From: the human T2T-CHM13v2.0 reference genome, Homo sapiens | Direction: 5' to 3' (one strand) | Assembly (NCBI RefSeq): GCF_009914755.1 | Contig: NC_060940.1 | Length of the DNA: 64,000 bases | Shown: positions 27,455 through 45,095 of the stretch, in pieces | Layout: the number at the start of each line of letters is the position of its first letter | Position numbering within the stretch: position 1 is the first letter of the stretch | Translations under genes and position numbers: made by a program | Notes under the pieces: generated by a model | Seen by the model: the letters and a program-made list of their open reading frames with translations, nothing else | Databases searched by the model: none | What the model was told of the DNA's origin: nothing

Positions 27455-27712
27455 ACATGAGGGACTTTAAACTATCTGGTGACATTCACACCTGAGGCAG
27501 GTGCTCCCCAGGGGGCTATCTCCGGAAACAGAGTGACCCACCAGGGCTGGGCCCCAGGGGCTTCCGCACCGCCACACCAGCAGCAACGCCCTGCTGACCT
27601 GCAGCAGGGACAGCAGGGAAGGGGTACAGACAGAAGAAAACAATGACAAACAGCCTTCCCTCTCCCCAGTCAAGGCCACGGCAGGGAAGTGAAGGGGACA
27701 TCAAAAGGAGAC

Positions 27713-27882
27713 CAAAGCTTTGTCCAAGGAGACTCTGAGAGCAAGGGTGAGAGGCACACTGTCCACACAAACTCCTGCCAGACAACCTCAGAAGAGGGCA
27801 TCAAAGCTTTGTCCAAGGAGACTCTGACAGCAAGGATGAGAGGCACAGTGTCCAGCACAAACTCCTGCCAGACAGCCTCAGG
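27713..27882. repeat. Tandem duplication, unit about 89 bp, 2 copies
   Basis: CAAAGCTTTGTCCAAGGAGACTCTGA at 27713 and 27802. Confidence 0.85.
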
Positions 27883-28113
27883 AAAGCCAGGCCCAGCTCC
27901 TTTCAAAAGCTCAACACAGGACCAGTGAACAGCCACAGGCATTTACCATGTGGTCGGTGCTCATCAGGACACGGAGGGTCACTGCCTCCCTCACTCTGCA
28001 GGGTTGTATGGAGTGGTGAGTTCTTTTAAAATTCTCTGTCTCCTGAATGCTATGAAGGTGGGCAGGACATGGTCTTTACTGAGTCCTGTCCAGCCCATGA
28101 AGTCCAAAGGCAC

Positions 28114-28385
28114 AGCTGGGCATGGTGGCTCATGCCTGTAATACCAGCCCTTTAGGAGGCCAAGGTGCGATGATCACTTGAGCCCAGGAGTATGAGGCCA
28201 GCCAGGGCAACATAGGGAAACCCCGTCTCTACCAAAAAAAAAAAAAAAAAAAAAAATATTAGCCAGGCGCACACCTGTAGTCCCAGCTACTTGGGAGGAT
28301 GCTTGAGCCTGGGTGGATCATGATGGCACCACCACATGCCAGCCTGGGAGACAGAGCAAGAACCTGTCTCAGAAAAGAAAAAAGA
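28114..28385 (+). mobile_element. AluJ-like
   Basis: Diverged dimer. Confidence 0.82.
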
Positions 28386-28647
28386 AATACAAGGGCACAA
28401 TTTGGTAAGTGCTCTCACAGAGGATAGATAAAGGGTCCTGAGATACAGAGGCGGGAGACTTACTCTCAAAGACAGAATCCAAAAAGGCTGCTTTCGGGGA
28501 AAAGTGGCCTGAGAGTCAGGCCTTGTTGGACAAGTTCCCCTAACGTGCTAAGAAGCAGAGACCTGTTTCACAGGCCAAAAGAGCATGGAAGCTCAGCCAG
28601 AGGGACCCAGGCGGGCCCACCTCACGCCTGTGTTCCTCGGCAGCCTC

Positions 28648-28666
28648 TGCTGCCCCCTGGTGGCCA
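28648..28666 (-). promoter_or_regulatory. CTCF motif (position fits the HS-55 region)
   Basis: Reverse complement TGGCCACCAGGGGGCAGCA, near-consensus. Confidence 0.75.
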
Positions 28667-28834
28667 TGCTGTGCACACCGCCACCAGACGAGGGCGCCAC
28701 CCACAGGCACCACCTGCTCCCACCCTCAGGCAGTATTTCAATGGTCCCGTGGCTCTGGGCCACGCCCACATGACTAGCAGCCACAGCTGATCCCATGGCC
28801 TGTTGGCCACCCCATCAGCAGCCCCTGCTTCTGA

Positions 28835-29113
<279 letters not shown>

Positions 29114-29731
29114 TTGCCTGCGCTTTTCCTCCCACACTCCAACCAGATCCGCAGACGAGGCTGAGGGGCCCTCCATCTAATCAGAAAGGGCAGCCCTCTG
29201 CATGGACAGGCCCATAAGCATGTGGCTCAGCAAGGACGTGGCATCTTGTACAGAGTGCACAGGCCAACACATGTGCACACACAGGGGCGTAAGGCCACCA
29301 GGTTAGGTCTCTGTTCTGCACATGGGAGGGCCCCGCATCCAAGCTTCCTGCCCTTAGTTCCCGTATGTTGTTCATGCACCACTGTGAGACCCCCATGGCC
29401 CTGCCCGCTGCTGCCCTGCCCACCCCCTAGCTCTGGTGCCTCAACCTCCAGGACTGCAAGCACCCCAGTCCTTTCTCTCACAGACTCGCCTTACCTCTCT
29501 GAGACAGAAGAACAAGTCAGTCCCGTGGCTCACTCACAAAGCCAGCCCTGAACCCAGGTCTGACTCAGATGCCAAAACCTCCAGCCATCCCAGGGACTGG
29601 CCCCACCCCATGGTGGGCTGTGCCGCGGCTCTCAGCTGGACACAGCCCCTGTGGATGTACTGTGGCAGGCGGCCTGCCTTTCCTGATGCCCCAGCACCGC
29701 CACATGCCACCCATCTGGGCCTCCAGAGCTA

Positions 29732-29902
<171 letters not shown>

Positions 29903-29910
29903 TCACCTGT

Positions 29911-30140
29911 CACGGAACACACGAAGTGCAGGAACCCTGCACCAGGTATGCACCAGGTCCTGCACCAGGTATGCACCGGGTATGCACCAGGTCCTGCACC
30001 AGGTATGCACCGGGTATGCACCAGGTATGCACCTGGGACTCAAACACACGGAACATACGAAGTGCAGGGAACCCTGCACCAGGTATGCACCAGGTCCTGC
30101 ACGAGGTCCTGCACCGGGTGTGCATCAGGTATGCACCTGG
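29911..30140. repeat. 11-12 bp TGCACCAGGTA/TGCACCAGGTCC minisatellite with about 135-bp higher-order duplication
   Basis: CACGGAACAYACGAAGTGCAGG leader at 29911 and 30046, each followed by short units. Confidence 0.88.
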
Positions 30141-30175
30141 GACACAAACAGGCAGCTGGAGCCTCCTGGCCCTTA

Positions 30176-30751
<576 letters not shown>

Positions 30752-30953
30752 TTAGCTAGGATTGAAAGCAAAGAGCACGGACTGGGGAGGGTGGAACTAG
30801 GCAGCGCTTTGCTTTCTGTCATTTCCAAATTTTCAGCAATGTGCCCAGATATATTTTTATAATTAAAAAATGTTCAAGGTATTGGGGGACTTGGGAACAG
30901 GTGGTGCCAGAAGACTGGGCTCAGTTCTTTCCTTGCAGAAAATCAATTAAATT

Positions 30954-31590
30954 GCCAGGGCATGGTGGCTAACACCTGTAACCCAGCACTTTGGCAGGCC
31001 GAGGCGGGTGGATCACGAGGTCAGGAGTTCAAGACGAGCCTGGCCAACATGGTGAAACCCCATCTCTACTAAAAATACAAAAATTAGCCAGGTGTAGTGG
31101 TGTGCACCCATAATCCCAGCTACTCAGGGGGCTGAGGCAGGAGAATCGCTTGAACCCGGGAGACAGAGGCTTCACTGAGTGGAGACTGTGCCACTGCACT
31201 TGAGCCCCGAGCAAGACTACATCTCAAAAAAAAAAAAAAAAGTCAATTAAATTAAGAAAGTATATTTTGGGAGGCTGAGATGAGCGATGAGTGGATCACC
31301 TGAGGTCAGGAGTTCGAGACCAGTCTGGCCAACATGGTGAAACCCTGTCTCTACTAAAAGTACCAAAAAAATTAGCCAGGCATGGCAGTGGGCGCCTGTA
31401 ATCCCAACTACTCGGGAGCCTGAGGCAGGAGAATCACTTGAACTTGGGAGGTGGACGTAGTGGTGAGCCGGGATCGCACTACTGAAATCCAGCCTGGGCG
31501 ATAAGATCAAAACTCTGTCTCTCTCTCACACACACACACACCCCCGCAAAAAAAAAAAAAAAAAAGAAAAAGAAAAAAAAAAGAAAAAGA
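30954..31590 (+). mobile_element. Two tandem Alus
   Basis: Alu consensus blocks with A-rich tails. Confidence 0.88.
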
Positions 31591-31958
31591 AAATAACTGA
31601 GATCCCATGAGTGCTGACTGAAATGCAAAAGACTGGGGTAGGGCAACACCATTAAGATGAAGTCCCTCCAGCCCTCCGGCCTCCCCAAGGACACTCAGCC
31701 CCACATCCAGGCTGCCCTGCCCAAGCCTAAGGTGGTGCCAGAAGGGCCCAGGAGAAACCTGGGATTGGTCATTTCTGGACACAACTGGATACAAAATTAT
31801 GTGTTTTAACTTCTATAAACGGCAGAGCCCCACCTGCAAGCTTCCGCAGTGGGAAGAAGAAAAAGAGAAATTTTGGAACAAAGTAAGTGGTAAAATCTCA
31901 GGCAGAAGCTAAAGGGAAGGGCCCTGGCAGGGAGTGAGCACGTGGGGCTGGGCACTTA

Positions 31959-32195
<237 letters not shown>

Positions 32196-32275
32196 TTAGG
32201 GGAAACTGCAGGTGGAGACCCGGGCAGGAGAGCATCTCTTAAGATCACATTATGTTTAAGAAAAGAAAATATGGG

Positions 32276-32701
<426 letters not shown>

Positions 32702-33149
32702 CTAGAGGCACTCTAACTCAGGCCCCTGCCCGTCCAGACCCCTGGCAGACACCCAACACCCAGAGTACATCCTCCCTGTGAATGGGCCTGCCCTGCACAC
32801 CTCATGAAGACCCGTCACAGGTGCACGTCCAGGCAGAACAGTGGCTGTCTCAGAGGGCGAGGAGGGCAGGGAAGGAATGCCAAGTCCCCCAGAGTGTTCC
32901 AGTGGTGAGAAGCACACAGTGCCCACCTCCCTGCAGTCTGCAGATGCCCACAGCACCTCAGTTGCAGTGCATGTGGATACCAAGTGGTCACCACAAGCCA
33001 GCCGTGCTAGCCAGCCCCAACACTTCACTACGACGGAAAACCTTTCACTCCACATTCTATCAGTAAGGGTAACTTGGTTCTTTCGGGTCCCAAAGCTTGC
33101 TCAGGCCAAACATAGCAACACCATCCCAGTTTCCTTATTTCTTTCACAG

Positions 33150-33640
33150 TCCACTTTAAACCATCAGCAAATCCCATCTGCTCCACCTGCAGGGATGTCC
33201 AAAATCCAGGCCTTTTCAGCATCACCAGGCCCAAGCCACCCAGAGCACTGGCCCCTCTGACTACCGCTCCCCACACTCCCACCTGGGCAGTCCCAGCCAT
33301 GGGCCTGCAACACCCACGTTCCTGTGGCCTCACTCCCTGTGCCCAGTCACTCAGGTCCCGCTGTGCTCAGGGCCCTGGCATTTGCCCTTGCCCACAAACT
33401 CTCTGCAGACGCCCCAAGGCTCCTTTACTCCATCGGTCTCCACTCAAGTGTCACATTCTCAGTGAAGCACCCCTGACCCCAGCCCCATTGACACTCCAAC
33501 CCCTGACCCGCTGCCTAATGCTGTCTCCCCAACCAGAACTCACTCCTGAGGAGGGGGGCTTGTGGGTTTCATTCTCTGCTCTCTACACATTGTAAAACGT
33601 GTCAGGCACATAGGCACGGAGCTGCATTTCCTGAATGAAG
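33150..33640. mobile_element. L2 3' fragment
   Basis: CTCAAGTGTCACATTCTCAGTGAAG...GGCACATAGG...TGAATGAA resembles the L2 3' end. Confidence 0.55.
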
Positions 33641-34736
33641 CCAAGGAACACACCGCCCTCCCTGCATGCACTGTCTTTCCTAGGAAGCCCTGCCCCAAGA
33701 ACAGGCTCCACAGTGGGGATGCAGCCCACGTCATCCCCTCGGGGAACCACACAAAACAAGGAAGGAGTTGTTTTCACCAGGAGCTTCTAAAACTCCCTGA
33801 TGGAGAAGCCAGGGCGCCACCCAACTCCACCGCTCACCACAAAGCGCCCTTGCCTTAAGTAAGAGCCAACAGCACTTGTTCTATGACACAGAGGAGATGC
33901 AACTGCTCAAGCAAAGCTGTCTGCAGCTGGCCTTCACCGCATCCCCGGAGGCTCCAGGCAACAGGGGGGATCTCCACCTACTCTTGTCAAGGCCTGGCTA
34001 CTCAAAGTGGCCGGCACCTTCCTTGTGTCCTGCACAGGGAACGCAGCCTGTGAAGCCTCACAATGACACCAGTTCTAAAATAGGAGCAAAACACACACAA
34101 GTTCTTCTCCAAACTGCCCATTTCTACAGCACCTCCCCGCATCATGTTTCCTCTGTTCACTGCCCCACTGCCCAGGAGAGCAGCCAACTAGTGCTTTTCC
34201 CATCACCCCCTGACCCTATTCTGCTATTCTCAGCTCCCAGTTGGCGGGACAGGCCAACACACCCACATCCGGCTAAGTCCGGGAGACTTGGCCAGACTTC
34301 TGGCTGCCCCAGGCCAGAAGGTACAAACGGCCCCTCGGACGTCTCTTAGGACACGTCAATACGGGGTGCTCAGAGAACACCATGGCCCCAAGGTCCCAGA
34401 GGAGGGCAGCAGTCTCAGCTTCTTCCAGAACTGCATGCTAACCAAGTATGTCGGGGCAGACAGAGGCTCCCAGAACCTTACCTCTCTTTGGTCAGGGTCT
34501 TTGCAGGGTGAAAAACTCGTATCAAACCCTGAGAAATGTCCCAGCCGCTAAGGAATTAAAGATCACACCAGGAGAGATTTGTCCAGGGGATCCAGGTTAC
34601 TCAACTTGAGTAAGCAATAGTTAGGATCTTGGCATCCGTATGCGACAGGGAAGAAAGGGCAAGCGAGAGGTGGCCCCATGCACTGTGCTGTCACCATCTG
34701 GGTCAGAAAGGAGGGCCACTGGAAATAAAAGGTCTA

Positions 34737-35030
34737 TTTTTTTTTTCTTTTTTCTGAGACAAGGTCTCACTGTTGCTCAGGCTGGAGTGCAGTGGCGCCA
34801 TCTCCGCTCACTGCAGCCTTGATCTCCCGGGCTCAAGACAACCTCCCAAGTAACTGGGACTACAGACGTGCAACATCACGCCTGGGTGATTTTTTTTTTT
34901 TTTTTTTTTTTTTTTTGTAGAGACAGGGTCTATGTTGCCTAGGCTGGTCTCAAACTCCTGGGCTCAAGCGATCCTCCCACCTTGGCTTTTCAAAGTGCTA
35001 GGATTACAGGCGTGAGCCACCGCACCCACC
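34737..35030 (-). mobile_element. AluJ-like
   Basis: Diverged antisense dimer. Confidence 0.85.
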
Positions 35031-35288
35031 CAAGGCCTTTCTGTTTCTGTCCTATTTAGGATGCAGCTCAAAGTGGCTGTTGGGACACCACAGAATCAGA
35101 ATACGGAGGCTCCTATTGTTTCAAATGTAGCTGTCTTTGCTCCATCTAGGAGCACAGTGAGGCCTTATGACATGTGCTGTGGCTCCCAGCACCAGTTTAG
35201 GTACTTGGAGTGCAGCAGGGAAGAAAATAACTTGGCTGCTCTGCACGCTGGGGGCTTCACTCAGCGGCATCTAGACAGACACATAATT

Positions 35289-35897
<609 letters not shown>

Positions 35898-36639
35898 TTA
35901 ACGTTTAAAAAAAAAGACACCTAATTGTAATCAAATTGTATGGAGCATTAGAAACTGGAGAGAGTTATAGGGAAAGGAACAGGGGCTTGGAACACACCTC
36001 ATGGAAAGCCAGGAACAAGTTCCAGCTATGGGTATGGAGAAATGAGGGCAGGAGGGTCACATGAAGGTTCTTCTAGTGACTTCCCAGCTTGGTCATCTCT
36101 GCTGCCCTCACCGTGTCAGCTGTCCTTGGAGCCGCAGTCATGTGGTCTGGTTTGTACACTGGCATGGGGCCCTCTCCTCTGGCAGAGACACGCCATGTTG
36201 GTTCCTCTAACTTCCACGTGGACTTTACTCCATTTTCCCAAGCATCAGCTCACCCACCTGCTGCTTTCTCCCTCAGAGCACTCTGCACTGAGGCTGGTGC
36301 TTCTTTATGAACTAACCCAGCTCCCTAGAGCGGTGACAAGTGCTGCCACCAGGAGTGCCCCAAAGGCCATGGCAGACCTGGGCAAATTCCCTGAACATGT
36401 CAGAGGGATGACTGCTCTGGAAAGGTGCCGGCCCAACCTCCAGCCTGTAAATCCCCCACAGTAAGAGGGTAAGCCAGGAGCTGCACTGAGGTCTGTTAAC
36501 AAGGGGAAAGAGAAAGGTTTGTCACTGTTTTTAAGTCTGCAGCTTTAAGACAAGAGCCCTTAGCACAAGCAGGGTTTGGGCCCTGAAAGGTTTCCTGCCG
36601 AGCTTGCACTTCTATTTGCAAGGTGTTTAATGGTTTGGT

Positions 36640-36950
36640 CTGAAAACACTCTGGAGGAAAACACTGTCCTCCTCAAGACTTATCCAGCCCCTCACACAGC
36701 TCTGGGCCAGCCAAGAGGGCCCAGCCCAGTCTGTGACAGGAGATAGGTGCCCCAGCCAAAGCCCTGCATCCTGACAATGACTATGCAAAAGGGAATGGCT
36801 GGCTTCAAACACACTCTCGCCGTTCATCTCCAAGACAGAAATGTGCACAAGCTTAGTCTAGTCCCCTCAGCTTTTAGCATCTGAGAAAGCATCCATTCCT
36901 AACCTTAGAACTGGACAGGACCTGTGAAGCTATCCTGCAAACCTCTGCAT
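36640..36950. promoter_or_regulatory. Probable alpha-globin enhancer MCS-R1 (HS-48)
   Basis: About 8 kb telomeric of HS-40 in unique DNA. CTTATC 36679, CTG-N7-AGATAG composite 36731-36746, MARE-like TGACTATGCA near 36778, CTATCC near 36930. Boundaries inferred. Confidence 0.68.
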
Positions 36951-37621
36951 CCTCTGGTCCCACGGATGGGCCTGGCTTCCTACCATAAGTAGTGGGATGC
37001 TGCATAACCCAAAAGATCTATGTGGGTTCCAAACAGCCTACCTTGAAATTTCAAACGAAAGTTTATATATAGGTGCATTTTTATGGAAATGGGTACTACA
37101 ACTCTCAGGATATTCACAGAGGGTCCATGGGACCAACCCTGCTCTCGACAGTTTGCAGTGCAAGGCTCCGCACCAAGTACCACCTACCCAGCCAGACCCT
37201 GGACATCACTCCCCACCACAGGTCCTGTTAACTCGGAGAACCATTCAGCAAATCACTTCTTCACACTCCATGGAATCTACACTGCTGTTATTCCCACCCA
37301 CACATTCCGTCGACCCCTAGCGGATGAGCTGTGCTCCTCCACAGGCTGAGTGTAGGGGCTGTGTTGCAGAAAGTGAAGAGACATCCCTGCCCTCCTGGGA
37401 GACACAATTCAATGGTCATATGAATGAGTGACATGCTGTCACTGAGGGCCACTGGGATCCACAGGGAGACACAAGTGCTAGGTCTGGCACAAGTGTTGGG
37501 GTGGCCTCCTGAGCGATTCACATTCCCAGCCTATATTCACAGATGTTAGGTCCTGCAGGACAGGGCCACCAGGCTATTCAGCCACACCATAACCCTAGCT
37601 TTAATTAAAATAGCAACTGGG

Positions 37622-38257
<636 letters not shown>

Positions 38258-38800
38258 CAGGAACAATTCCTTTGAAAAATCCCACCCCAATCTCCAACCT
38301 CATTAATCTCACAGCTTCTGGTCTTTCAGTTCTGTTCTGAGATTCCCCCAGATCTGGCAGTCAGTCACCATCAGGAGAAAGGCGCTCTGTCCTAGGTCAC
38401 CTGATCAGTAATGGAAACTCAGTCTCCTCCTCTCAGTGCAGAAGAGTGAGCAGCAGCAGACCAGACCCTTGAGGCCAACCATGGACCTGATGGGATGAGG
38501 ACAGACGAGAGGCCACAGCCCAGAGGGGCTCCTGGGTGGCTGCAGAGCCATGCCAGTGCCAGACAAGGATGGGTACAGGGAGGGTACTACTGCCTGGACT
38601 CCTGCCAGAGAAACATAGCTGCCAGCATCCCTGGGGCAAGCTCCAGGACCCAAGACTGTTAGGGTGGGAGTTTGGATGGAGGAAATGTGATCCTGGGCAC
38701 TAACAAACAGAATGCGTAGGTCAGGAAAGAATGCTACGTGCTGAACAACAGCTTAGGAGCCTTTTTCAGCAAAACTCAGATTCCTGTCCTCCTTTAATAT

Positions 38801-38816
38801 CCACTAGGTGGCGCTG
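38801..38816 (+). promoter_or_regulatory. CTCF motif (position fits the HS-46 region)
   Basis: CCACTAGGTGGCGCTG, consensus core. Confidence 0.78.
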
Positions 38817-38958
38817 GGTTGCCTCAAGTTCTGAGCTCCTCCGCAGCCTGCAGATCACACAACAGGCAGTCCAAGGTTTTGTCTCCTTTCAACTTTCCAG
38901 CACGATTCAAACCTAAGAAATCATAGTCCATTCTTCCTTTAGAAATATAAAGTCAACG

Positions 38959-39421
38959 AGCCGGGCACGGTGGCTCACGCCTGTCATCCCAGCATTTTGG
39001 GAGGCCGAGCCGGGCGGATCTACAAGGTCAGGAGTTCGAGACCAGCCTGGCCAATATGGTGAAACCCCATCTCTACTAAAAATACAAAAATTAGCCAGGC
39101 ATGGTGATGTGCACCTGTAGTCCCAGCTACTCGGGAGGCTGAGGCAGAAGAATGCACTCCAGCCTGGGCAACAGAAGGATATTCCATCGCAAAAAAAAAA
39201 AAAAAAAGAAGAAGAAAAAGAAATATAAAGTCAATGGTTTGGTTTTTATTTAAACAAATTTTTAAGAGACAGGGTCTCACCATGTTGCTGGGGCTGGAGT
39301 ACAGTGGCTACTCAGACACCAGCATAGAGCACTACAAGCTCGAACTCCTGGGCTCAAGTGATCCCCCAACCTTGGCCTCGCCTGTGAGATGGGACTACAG
39401 GAGCACACCACCGCACCAGCT
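38959..39421. mobile_element. Alu (+, internally deleted) followed by an Alu monomer (-)
   Basis: Alu consensus blocks. Confidence 0.82.
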
Positions 39422-39755
39422 TGGTTTTTATTTTAATTCCAAGTTAGCCTGATTTTTGTTTGTAATCTAATCCGAGTTGAGGCATACACTCAGAATAAGG
39501 GAACAATGTCCAAGGAAGAGACTGGATACCAGGCAATTCAAAGCCAGAGGGTAGTAATTCTCTCAACACAGAGAAAACATTAGTGTGATAACAATGAATC
39601 AAAGACAGGGTCAGACTACATGACCACAAAGGTCCCATTCTGCAACACAGAAGGGGCCAGAAAACAAAGCAATCACCTGGCAAGGGCTGATGTTCTCTCA
39701 CACCTGGGGAGGCTCAGTCCCCAGGGTCACCAAGAGACAAACAAATGCTAGTTGC

Positions 39756-40037
39756 AACTTATATCACAAAAGACAAATCACTCTCCCATGTTTAAGGACT
39801 TATATCTCCCGATAGAAGAATGAACAAGGGATCTGAGCAGCGAGCTCACAGAAAAGACAGGTGGTTCAAACATGTGAAGAGATGCATCAGTGCATCACAA
39901 TAAAGCTACACAGAGATCCCATTCCCCACTTGTTATACTGGTTAAGATCCACAATTTCACGAGACTCGATGTTGGCAAAGCTCGGGGGAAGAGGCATCTC
40001 GTGTGTTGCTGGTGGGACAGAGGTACAAACCCCTGAG
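39756..40037 (+). repeat. Arm 1 of a 282-bp inverted duplication
   Basis: Reverse complement of 41267-41548 with about 7 substitutions. Confidence 0.92.
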
Positions 40038-40260
40038 AAGGAAACACAACATTACAAATGCCATTTTCCCTATTAGTAATGCCTTTAGGAATTTATCTTA
40101 TAGATACAGAGGCGCACATACAAAATAACACAGGTAAATGGTTAGCACTGGAAGGCTGGAACAAACTCAATGGTGGGGGCAGTTGCGGCTCACTAGGCAG
40201 CCAAAAAAAGAATTAAAAAGTATTTTTTAAATTTTATTTATTTTTTATTTTACTTTTGTT

Positions 40261-40867
40261 TTTTAATTTTTATTATTATTATTATTTTTGAGATGACATC
40301 TAGTTCTGTCACCCAGGCTGGAGTGCAGTGGCGCCATCTCAGCTCACTGCAACCTCTGCCTCCTAGATTTAAGTGATTCTTCTGCCTCAGCCTCCTGAGT
40401 AGCTGGGACTACAGGCATGCACCACCACGCCCGGCTAATTTTTTGTATTTTTAGTAGACAGCGGGTTTCACCATGTTAGCCAGGCTGGTCTCGAACTCCT
40501 GACCTCGTGCTCCACCCGCCTCAGCCTGGCAAAGTGTTGGGATCACAGGTGTGAGCCACCGCGCCCGGCCTTTTTTTTTTCATTTTTGATACGCGGTCTG
40601 GCTCTGTTGCTGGGGCCAGAGTACAATGGTACAACCATGGCTCACCATAATCTTGATTTCCTAGGCTTAAGTGACCCTCCCACCTCAGCCTCCTGAGTAG
40701 CTGAGACTACACTTGTGCCACCACACTCAGATATTTTTTAAAAATTTTTTGTAGAAATGCGATCTCACATTGTTGTTCAGGCTGATCTTGCACTTCTGAC
40801 CTCAAGAAATCCGCCCCTCAGCCTCCCAAAGTGCTGGGATTACAGGCGTGAGTCACCACGCCCGGCC
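40261..40867 (-). mobile_element. Two tandem Alus
   Basis: Antisense dimers. Confidence 0.88.
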
Positions 40868-41266
40868 TGCTTGTCCACATTTAATAAAGGTGATGCTCAG
40901 CCAATACAATCAGAACAACTGTGAGGTTTTCATGGTATCCTCAAGGCTTGCTGCCCTCACACAGTCAGTGTCGCAAACCCCAACTCTCTCAGAGTGAGAG
41001 GAGACAGCTGGCCCCAGCCTCACCCACTGAGCCTCAATTTCCTCTTGAGTGACTGGAGTCAGTGACACCCACCTAGTGAAGGTGGCCCAGCACTTGGTGT
41101 TGCGTCATGCTCAGTAAAATGGCATTTTGCATCTGTTTGATTTAAAAACACTTTCGGACTCTCATGTATAACTTCGGGCTCGTTTTCTGTTTTAAGAGGA
41201 GTCTGGAGGTGGTGGTTCCAGCAGAGTGCATGCTACTCAGCAAAGGGGTTTAAAAAAGCAAAGGTA

Positions 41267-41548
41267 CTCAGGGGTTTGTACCTCTGTCCCACCAGCAACA
41301 CACGAGATGCCTCTTCCCCCGAGCTTTGCCAACATCGAGTCTCGTGAAATTGTGGATCTTAACCAGTATAACAGGTGGGGAATGGGATCTCTGTGTAGCT
41401 TTATTGTGACGCACTGATGCATCTCTTCACATGTTTGAACCACCTGTCTTTTCTGTGAGCTCACTGCTCAGATCCCTTGTTCATTCTTCTATTGGGAAAT
41501 ATAAGTCCTTAAACATAGGAGAGTGATTTGTCTTTTGTGATGTAAGTT
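41267..41548 (-). repeat. Arm 2 of the 282-bp inverted duplication
   Basis: Reverse complement of 39756-40037, flanked by a direct repeat. Confidence 0.92.
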
Positions 41549-41595
41549 CCAGCAGAGTGCACCCTACTCAGCAAACCATTTAAAAAACAGCCACT

Positions 41596-41919
<324 letters not shown>

Positions 41920-42107
41920 ACGGCCACCAAGGTCACTTCTTTCAAGAGCAGCCACATGACCATCCCTTCCCAGTCCTCTCCGGCCCTAACCTCAGGGAAC
42001 CCTGATGCTCACACCCCAGGAGAACAGTGGTCAGTACCGGGGAGCCCTACCTGTTGACGCTGCTCCTCAGGCCCAGGCAGGCTGGCCCATAAGAAGGAGG
42101 TTAATAA

Positions 42108-42513
<406 letters not shown>

Positions 42514-42721
42514 AAAAAGTCTTTTATTCATCCTTTTTCATAAATTTCTAAAAATATATACATAGACTTAAAATAAAATTTCTTTTTACTTCCTGTGATA
42601 AAGTCACAGACTCTAAAAAGATAACGTTTAAAAAAACAAAACTTTTGGATTGTTATTATCACAATTATAATTAGTATATAATTGGCCAAAACAGAAACAT
42701 ATTATAAATTTTGACAGGTAA

Positions 42722-43036
<315 letters not shown>

Positions 43037-43040
43037 TTAT

Positions 43041-43429
<389 letters not shown>

Positions 43430-43944
43430 TAATTTTACTTATTGCTACAACAACTAGGTCTGACTTTAGTTTTGTTCCTAATTCTCTCTTTTGTTATAGA
43501 GGTGCTGGCCAAAGAAAATGGAGATGGAGAGTTTGTTACAAGTGTCTCTTTATGTTTTGAAATCTTTACAGTAGGCCAAAAAACACTCAATGTTCTGTCT
43601 GCAAAAATTATTTTTAATAATTGGTTAGTTGATAACCCAATTAGGTCCTCCTTCAATCTGGCTGAAAGCAAAGAACTGGAAACTGTCCACCTCACCAGCT
43701 GGATATTTCCAACGCCCTCTCCTGCCCCAGGGAGTAATAGTTTCTTCAACATCTCCAACAGGACCAGGGCTAGGCAGAGCTGCCTCACCTATGTGAACGG
43801 TGATCATGCAGCAGTGTGTGGGAAGAAAGAACATTTCTGGTCGGGAAATCTATTTCAACACATCCAGCCAGGAAAATTCATCTACAAATGTGCCCCTTGG
43901 GAGTCTTCCTGTGCCCCCCAGGCACAATCAGCCCCGTGTGAAGA

Positions 43945-44050
43945 TCATGTAACTTCTCTGAGCCTTAGTTTCCACATCTGCAAAATGGGGATGATCATGG
44001 ACACTGCCTAGCGAAGCTGTTGTGAGGACTTCATTTTCAATGCACAGCTC
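43945..44050. mobile_element. MIR core fragment
   Basis: CTCTGAGCCTTAGTTTCCACATCTGCAAAATGGGGATGAT. Confidence 0.72.
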
Positions 44051-44206
44051 ACCAAAAGCCGATGCTTGCAAGCTCCTGACTGCTCTGCTGGTGTTGGGGT
44101 GGGTGAGGCCCCGCCAACATCTGTATCATTAACACTGAATGACAGCCCCTCCACAGAGGTCTGCGCTGCAGAGAGGCCACCAGCCAGCCCAGACCCATGC
44201 CCATCA

Positions 44207-44584
<378 letters not shown>

Positions 44585-45095
44585 TCAGCCCCCATGCTCT
44601 ATTCTTGGGAGTGGCTGCCTGAATAGTAACAGAGATGGCTCTGGAAATGCCTGGGTGCCCTAAGGAGGCACTGTTGTTCTTAAGGAAGAACAACAATGGT
44701 GCCTCCCTCACCAAGGACTGAATGGAAGAAATTAGCGAGCCATGTAACAAACTAAGAACAGAACCTGCCCTGAGCAAAGACCCTGCTAGTGTCTGTGGTC
44801 ACCACTGTACTGCTGACTACTGGTAGGCAGAACCAGTCTACAATTTGTAAGAATTCAGTCACGACAGGCCACGTTACTACAGGGATGCACGGTACAAAAA
44901 GAGAGGCACCAGGCCAATTGTTCACTGAATACTTTTGGTCCTGAAGGATGAGAAGCTCTTCCCAGCAGAAGTCACACTGGTTAACAAGAAAACCAGCAGG
45001 CTCCAGGCCCATATCTCTGCCCAAGAGCTCCTTCTGCAACCATGATGACTGGGTCAAAGGACAGTGCAGGAGGCTCTCAGGAACAAGAGGGGCCC

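Noticed and set aside
39861-41464. Two near-identical 71/75-aa ORFs suggesting a duplicated small gene
   Set aside because: They reflect the inverted DNA duplication of non-coding, probably old L1-derived sequence, and have non-ATG starts.
43442-44011. 189-aa ORF with a signal-peptide-like hydrophobic start
   Set aside because: TTG start, antisense within an NPRL3 intron, ends in a MIR-derived frame, no recognisable family.
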